DNA of 32,000 nt from an uncultured archaeon (GTDB lineage: Archaea; Iainarchaeota; Iainarchaeia; Iainarchaeales; Iainarchaeaceae). A model generated the notes under the pieces. The model was not told the origin of the DNA. It saw only the letters and a program-made list of their open reading frames with translations, and did not search any database. Position numbers and translations under genes: made by a program. The stretch lies in contig CAZNZM010000003.1 in the NCBI GenBank assembly GCA_964577555.1, positions 92,915-124,914 of the forward strand, given 5' to 3'. Numbering within the stretch: the stretch's first letter is position 1; the number at the start of each line of letters is the position of its first letter. Below are positions 27,962-32,000 of the stretch, piece after piece.

Positions 27962-28861
27962 TTATGTTTTTTGTTGTGTAACAAGTCCTGCTTTTTCAAG
28001 CAAGTTTTGGTAATTCAAATCTGCTTGTTTTTGGATGTGTTCTATTTGTTCTGGATTCAAGTGTTTGAATCTTTTTTGCAATTCTAATGCTTCTTTGACG
28101 GGTTTTGGGTTTGCAGGGTTGAAATTTAGTTTGTATTTGCCGTCTTCTATTTCGTATAAAAACCAGAGTCTGGATTGGACGTTAAGTTTTGCGACTTTCA
28201 TTGTTATTCCGCCTTCAAATCCAGCGCCTAGACAGCATGGGCTGTCAATTACTATGAATGTTGGACCATTGATTTCTTTTGCTTTTTTCAATTTCATTTG
28301 CAAGTCTGCATAATAAGCGATTGATGCTGATGCCACGTATTTTATTCCGTGTGCTGCCGCTATTTCAGCTATTGGTTTTCTTTCGGTTTCTTTTCCTTTG
28401 TGCAATTTTCCGACTTGTGTTGTTGTAGTGGCTGCGCCGTATGGTGTTGCGCCTGATTTTTGCACTCCTGTGTTTGCGTAAAGTTGATTGTCATAGCAAA
28501 CGTATAGTACATTGTCGTTTCTTTCAAACATTCCGCTCATTGCTCCGAAGCCAATATCGTATGTGGCGCCGTCTCCTGCAATTACTACTACTTTGGTGTG
28601 GTTGTTTCCTTGTGCTTTTAGTGCTCTGGCTACGCCTGATGCGACTGCTGGGGCGTTTTGGAAGAGCGAGTGTATATATGGGACTCTCCAGGAACTTTGA
28701 GGGTATTGTGAGGATGTGATTTCCATGCATCCTGTTGCTTGTACAATAATTATGTCTTTGCCGAGTGTATCGGTTACTTGTATTAGTGCGTTGCTTGGAC
28801 CGCAACCTGGGCAACCAGAGTGCCCTGGCGAGTATAAGTGCATTTCGCTTTGTTTGCTCAT
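27962..28861 (-). CDS. porB: Pyruvate/2-oxoacid:ferredoxin oxidoreductase, beta subunit
   Basis: HSGCPGCGPSNAL, QATGCMEITS, VVVIAGDGATYDIGFGAMSGMFERNDNVLYVCYDNQLYANTGVQKSGATPYGA (TPP-binding motif and PorB core). Confidence 0.95.
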   Translation of the reverse strand: MSKQSEMHLYSPGHSGCPGCGPSNALIQVTDTLGKDIIIVQATGCMEITSSQYPQSSWRVPYIHSLFQNAPAVASGVARALKAQGNNHTKVVVIAGDGATYDIGFGAMSGMFERNDNVLYVCYDNQLYANTGVQKSGATPYGAATTTTQVGKLHKGKETERKPIAEIAAAHGIKYVASASIAYYADLQMKLKKAKEINGPTFIVIDSPCCLGAGFEGGITMKVAKLNVQSRLWFLYEIEDGKYKLNFNPANPKPVKEALELQKRFKHLNPEQIEHIQKQADLNYQNLLEKAGLVTQQKT

Positions 28862-28865
28862 TTTT

Positions 28866-30017
28866 TCACCCTTTCATTGAAGCTCTTGGAGCTTCTGTTG
28901 CAATCCATTGTTTTGTAGGATTTCCTTTCAATTTTTCAAATATTTCTTTTATGTGGCTTCTTTTTACTCCTCTTCCGCCTAATCCTCCGTAAAAGCTTGA
29001 AACCAAGCTGTTTGTTCCGTTTAGTGCTTCAAGAACTTCTAAATATACTGGTGCTTGTCCGCCTATGCTTAAATCCCTGTCAATGACTCCTACTCTTTTT
29101 CCTGAAAGCGTTTTTCTTAGTTCTTCTCTTGGAAATGGTCTAAAGACTCTCAAATGTAATGCTCCGACTTTTTCGCCGTTTGCTCTTAGTTCGTCAACCA
29201 CGTTCATTACGTTATCCATTACTGAACCAAGTCCTACAATGACTCTTTCAGCGTCTTCCACTTTGTATTCTCTTATGAGTCCATATTCTCTGCCTGTGAG
29301 TTCGCCCCATTTTTTTCCGGCTTCTTCTAAAAGTTTTTTTGCTTCTTGCATGTCTTTTACCAAGTCTTCTCTGAATATTTGATAGTGTGTCGGATTGGCA
29401 TAGACTCCGAGGCTTATTGGGTTTTCAGGGTCAAGTTTCAATGGGTATTTGTATGGAGGCAAAAATTTTTGGATTGTTTCTTCATCAGGAACGTCCACTT
29501 GTTCAACTGCGTGTGTTAGGTAGTGTCCGTCAACACACACCATTGTTGGCAAAAGGATTTTTTCTGCAACGTAATATGCTTGCGGTATGGAATCAACCGC
29601 TTCTTGGTTGTTTTTGCAATAAATCTGTATCCAGCCTGTGTCCCGTTGGCTTATCGAGTCTTGTTCATCGTTCCAAATGTTTAAAGGCGAACTAACTGCC
29701 CTGTTGCCATTTAATATTACGATTGGCAGCCTCATTCCTGATGCGCTGAAAAGCGGTTCATGCATGTATAGTAGTCCTTGTCCTCCTGTTGTTGTAAATG
29801 TTCTTGCGCCCGCGGCACTGGCTCCTATGAGAGCGGAAATTGCTGAAAATTCTGCTTCTACTGTAATATATTCTGGTATTTTTCCGTCTGCGTGGTATTG
29901 GCTGAGTTCCGCAGTGAGTGAGGTTGTGGGTGTTATTGGGTAGCATGCAACTACTTGGGGTTTGCAATTAACAACCACTTCTGCAATTGCTTTTGTGCCT
30001 TCTTTGGTTTTTATCAT
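28866..30017 (-). CDS. porA: Pyruvate/2-oxoacid:ferredoxin oxidoreductase, alpha subunit
   Basis: CYPITPTTSLTAELSQ, VEAEFSAISALIGASAAGARTFTTTGGQGLLYMHEPLFSASGMRLPIVILNGNRAVSSPLNIWNDEQD. Confidence 0.96.
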   Translation of the reverse strand: MIKTKEGTKAIAEVVVNCKPQVVACYPITPTTSLTAELSQYHADGKIPEYITVEAEFSAISALIGASAAGARTFTTTGGQGLLYMHEPLFSASGMRLPIVILNGNRAVSSPLNIWNDEQDSISQRDTGWIQIYCKNNQEAVDSIPQAYYVAEKILLPTMVCVDGHYLTHAVEQVDVPDEETIQKFLPPYKYPLKLDPENPISLGVYANPTHYQIFREDLVKDMQEAKKLLEEAGKKWGELTGREYGLIREYKVEDAERVIVGLGSVMDNVMNVVDELRANGEKVGALHLRVFRPFPREELRKTLSGKRVGVIDRDLSIGGQAPVYLEVLEALNGTNSLVSSFYGGLGGRGVKRSHIKEIFEKLKGNPTKQWIATEAPRASMKG

Positions 30018-30036
30018 TAATTATCACTTGTTTTTT

Positions 30037-30288
30037 TTAACTTTCCTCGATTCTTTTCATTTCAATGCATTTTACTGGGCATTCGTTTGCGCATATGCTG
30101 CATCCTTTGCAATATTCATAATCTATTTCTGGAATTTTTTTTACTTCTCCCATTATTCCTTCTGGGCAGAAGTTTTGGCAGATTCCGCATTTGATGCATT
30201 TGTCTCCATTAACTATTGGCATGTATGCTTTCCATTCACCTGTCAGGTTTGTGACACTTGAACCTGGTTTTGCGTGCGGTATTATCAT
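30037..30288 (-). CDS. porD: Pyruvate/2-oxoacid:ferredoxin oxidoreductase, delta (2x[4Fe-4S] ferredoxin) subunit
   Basis: CIKCGICQNFCPEGI and CKGCSICANECPVKCIEM cluster motifs. Start at MIIPHAKPGSS (30288), overlapping the porG stop. Confidence 0.93.
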   Translation of the reverse strand: MIIPHAKPGSSVTNLTGEWKAYMPIVNGDKCIKCGICQNFCPEGIMGEVKKIPEIDYEYCKGCSICANECPVKCIEMKRIEES

Positions 30289-30851
30289 TTTGCCACCGCC
30301 TTTTCGACTTTTGTGAGATCGTATGTTTCTTGTACTGCATTTATATTTGCTGTAATGATTGATTCTGGAAGTTTGCCTGTGAAATTGGCTTGTATTGCTT
30401 TTTTTATTGAATCCAATTTGACAATGCCTGTTACTTTGCAAAATGCTCCAAGCATGACTGTGTTAAGTATCAATTTTTTAAAATTTTTAAGTGCGACTTC
30501 GGTTCCGTCTACTGTAAAAATTCTTTTTGCTTTTAGCCCGAGTTCTTCGGGTTTTTTTGGCGAATTCACTATCAGTATTCCGTTTGGTTTCAGGCCTGCA
30601 CATACGTCTACTGATTCCAATATTGATGGGTCTCCAACTACAACAACGTCCGGTTCAGCGATTTCTTCATGGATTGTTATAGGTTTATCGTCAATCCTGC
30701 AATATGCTTCAACTGGCGGTCCTCTTTTTTCCGAGCCAAAAAAAGGAAAAGCTTGGCTGTATTTGCCTTCCAAATTGGCGGCGTATGCAATAAGTTCCGC
30801 GCCTGTAACCATACCTTGTCCGGCTCTTCCATGTAATCTGATTTCTTTCAT
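30285..30851 (-). CDS. porG: Pyruvate/2-oxoacid:ferredoxin oxidoreductase, gamma subunit
   Basis: MKEIRLHGRAGQGMVTGAELIAYAANLEGKYSQAFPFFGSEKRGPPVEAYCRI is the PorG N-terminus. Confidence 0.95.
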   Translation of the reverse strand: MKEIRLHGRAGQGMVTGAELIAYAANLEGKYSQAFPFFGSEKRGPPVEAYCRIDDKPITIHEEIAEPDVVVVGDPSILESVDVCAGLKPNGILIVNSPKKPEELGLKAKRIFTVDGTEVALKNFKKLILNTVMLGAFCKVTGIVKLDSIKKAIQANFTGKLPESIITANINAVQETYDLTKVEKAVAK

Positions 30852-30874
30852 GTAAATTATCAAACGCAAGAAAC

Positions 30875-30882
30875 TATATAAA
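30875..30882 (-). promoter_or_regulatory. Putative TATA box for the por operon
   Basis: TTTATATA on the minus strand (plus strand TATATAAA), ~27 nt upstream of the ATG at 30851. Confidence 0.55.
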
Positions 30883-30915
30883 GATTACGTTAAATGTACA
30901 ACAAAAAATCGTCAA

Positions 30916-31218
30916 TCAACTTATAACCCAGTTGTAGAATTTTTTGTTTGCTTCTGTTTGAAAAACAAGAATGCATGGGGTTTCATATGGGTGGAGTTGT
31001 ATTAGTTTTTTTTTCATGTTTTTTGTTTTTTTTTGTGAAACCTTGAATATTGCCACGATTTCTTTGGCAGAGGTTTTTTTGCCTTTCCATTTGTAATAGG
31101 AATTGCTTTGAATGATATTGGCGCATGCTATGAGGTTGTTAGCCAATAGGTAATTTATTACTTTTTCGGCGGTTTTTTTGTCTGGGAAAGGACAGTAAAC
31201 CAAATTGATTTTACCCAT
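30916..31218 (-). CDS. cutA: CutA-like divalent-ion tolerance protein
   Basis: LANNLIACANIIQSNSYYKWKGKKTSAKEIVAIFKVS...IQLHPYETPCIL matches CutA spacing (ACANI, Y.WKGK, HPYE.P). Confidence 0.88.
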   Translation of the reverse strand: MGKINLVYCPFPDKKTAEKVINYLLANNLIACANIIQSNSYYKWKGKKTSAKEIVAIFKVSQKKTKNMKKKLIQLHPYETPCILVFQTEANKKFYNWVIS

Positions 31219-31228
31219 TCAAATCACT

Positions 31229-31516
31229 TTAATTTTTTGGAAAATTGATGTTAAATATGGTTGTCAAAACGTAATAAATCAGCAGTGCAAAGACTATTAT
31301 TCCAAAGACAATGGCTATTATGCTCAATATATTCAAAAAAAGGCTTTCTCCTTTGCGTAACACGACTTTTTCTTCCAAGTTTTTGGCGTTGTCAAGTATT
31401 TCTTTGGCTTTCACAGATTCAGAGTCTTCGTCAAGCTCTGGCTTGTCTTCTATCTCACCTTCTATATAAATTTCCTTGGAATTTGTTTCGTTTTTCGTTT
31501 CTTCTTTTTCAGCCAT
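31229..31516 (-). CDS. Small acidic protein with one C-terminal transmembrane helix, unknown function
   Basis: MAEKEETKNETNSKEIYIEGEIEDKPELDEDSESV...FLNILSIIAIVFGIIVFALLIYYVL; preferred start at 31516. Confidence 0.65.
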   Translation of the reverse strand: MAEKEETKNETNSKEIYIEGEIEDKPELDEDSESVKAKEILDNAKNLEEKVVLRKGESLFLNILSIIAIVFGIIVFALLIYYVLTTIFNINFPKN

Positions 31517-31646
31517 TTTAAAAATTACAATAATGTTTAATATAAATTTACTCATTAGGTTTGTTTGTTTTTTTGCGAGGGTTTTTTCTTTTTTTGTTTT
31601 TTTAATGTTTTTTTGTTTGTTTATTTTTTAGACATTTTTTAATTTA

Positions 31647-31701
31647 AAATTGTTTTGTCTTTTTTTGTGGCTTGGTTTTTTTATGGAATTTGTTTTTTTT
31701 T
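31647..31701 (+). repeat. 55-bp direct repeat, copy 1
   Basis: AAATTGTTTTGTCTTTTTTTGTGGCTTGGTTTTTTTATGGAATTTGTTTTTTTTT; identical to 31946-32000. Confidence 0.93.
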
Positions 31702-31945
31702 TAGCAAGCCAAATTTTTTTGAGACTTTTTTTAATTCTTTTTTTGATTTTTGTTTTTTTTGTTTGAAATTATTTTTTGCGAGCCGTTTTTTTTTGGCGTA
31801 TTTTTCATTTTTTTGTTGTATTTCTGCTTTTTTGCAAGCCAATTTTTTTATTTTTGAAATTTAATTTGTTTTTTTTTGTTTGGTGTTTTTTTTTGAATTT
31901 GTTTTTTTGTGTTGTTTTTTTTTGTGATTTTATTTTTTTAATTCC

Positions 31946-32000
31946 AAATTGTTTTGTCTTTTTTTGTGGCTTGGTTTTTTTATGGAATTTGTTTTTTTTT
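31946..32000 (+). repeat. 55-bp direct repeat, copy 2, truncated by the window end
   Basis: Identical to 31647-31701 at a 299-bp offset. May continue beyond the window. Confidence 0.93.

Larger units (their letters stand above)
31560..32000. repeat. Low-complexity T/G-polarised spacer, family member, containing the 55-bp direct repeat
   Basis: Contains GGCTTGG (31669-31675 and 31968-31974), GCAAGCCA (31704-31711 and 31836-31843) and GCGAGCCG (31778-31785). Confidence 0.8.

Noticed and set aside
1-32000. CRISPR array or tRNA/rRNA genes
   Set aside because: No regularly spaced 25-40 bp repeats with unique spacers were seen; the 79-bp and 55-bp repeats occur as only two visible copies each. 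No cloverleaf-like or rRNA-like sequence was recognised by eye. A tRNAscan-SE and Infernal run would be needed for certainty.

Overview
The window looks like a chromosomal segment from an archaeon. Supporting evidence: archaeal-type families (diphthine synthase, DUF357-like, DUF63-like, Trm5-like, four-subunit 2-oxoacid:ferredoxin oxidoreductase), TATA boxes about 25-30 nt upstream of start codons, and ScpA. A DPANN-type lineage is possible but is only a guess. Contents, left to right: (i) a minus-strand operon of three very large secreted or membrane-anchored surface proteins (336-9315); (ii) a glycan-metabolism block (9814-18195) with a GH130-type phosphorylase, a GT4 glycosyltransferase fused to a C-terminal alpha/alpha-barrel-like domain, a PfkB sugar kinase fused to a NagB-type glucosamine-6-phosphate deaminase, a PIG-L/LmbE deacetylase transcribed divergently from it, a second GT4 enzyme, and a six-hairpin (amylo-glucosidase/GH15/GH100-like) glycosidase; (iii) housekeeping genes scpA, ahcY, bacterial-type panD, a PfkB kinase, adk, a DUF63-like membrane protein, dphB, a DUF357-like protein, acylphosphatase, Nudix and trm5; (iv) a porG-porD-porA-porB operon and cutA. 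The most unusual non-coding signal is a family of low-complexity T/G-polarised spacers (about 1-335, 9385-9780, 16590-17060, 26209-26870, 31560-32000). They share words such as GGCTTGG and GC(A/G)AGCC(A/G) inside T-tracts. They include a perfect 79-bp direct repeat (233-bp offset), a perfect 55-bp repeat (299-bp offset, cut by the window end), and a near-identical block shared between two loci about 5.4 kb apart. I found no CRISPR array, rRNA, tRNA or convincing transposase. Any previously undescribed system here would most likely be the spacer repeat family, the PfkB-NagB/PIG-L module, or the surface-protein operon. None can be proven from sequence reading alone.
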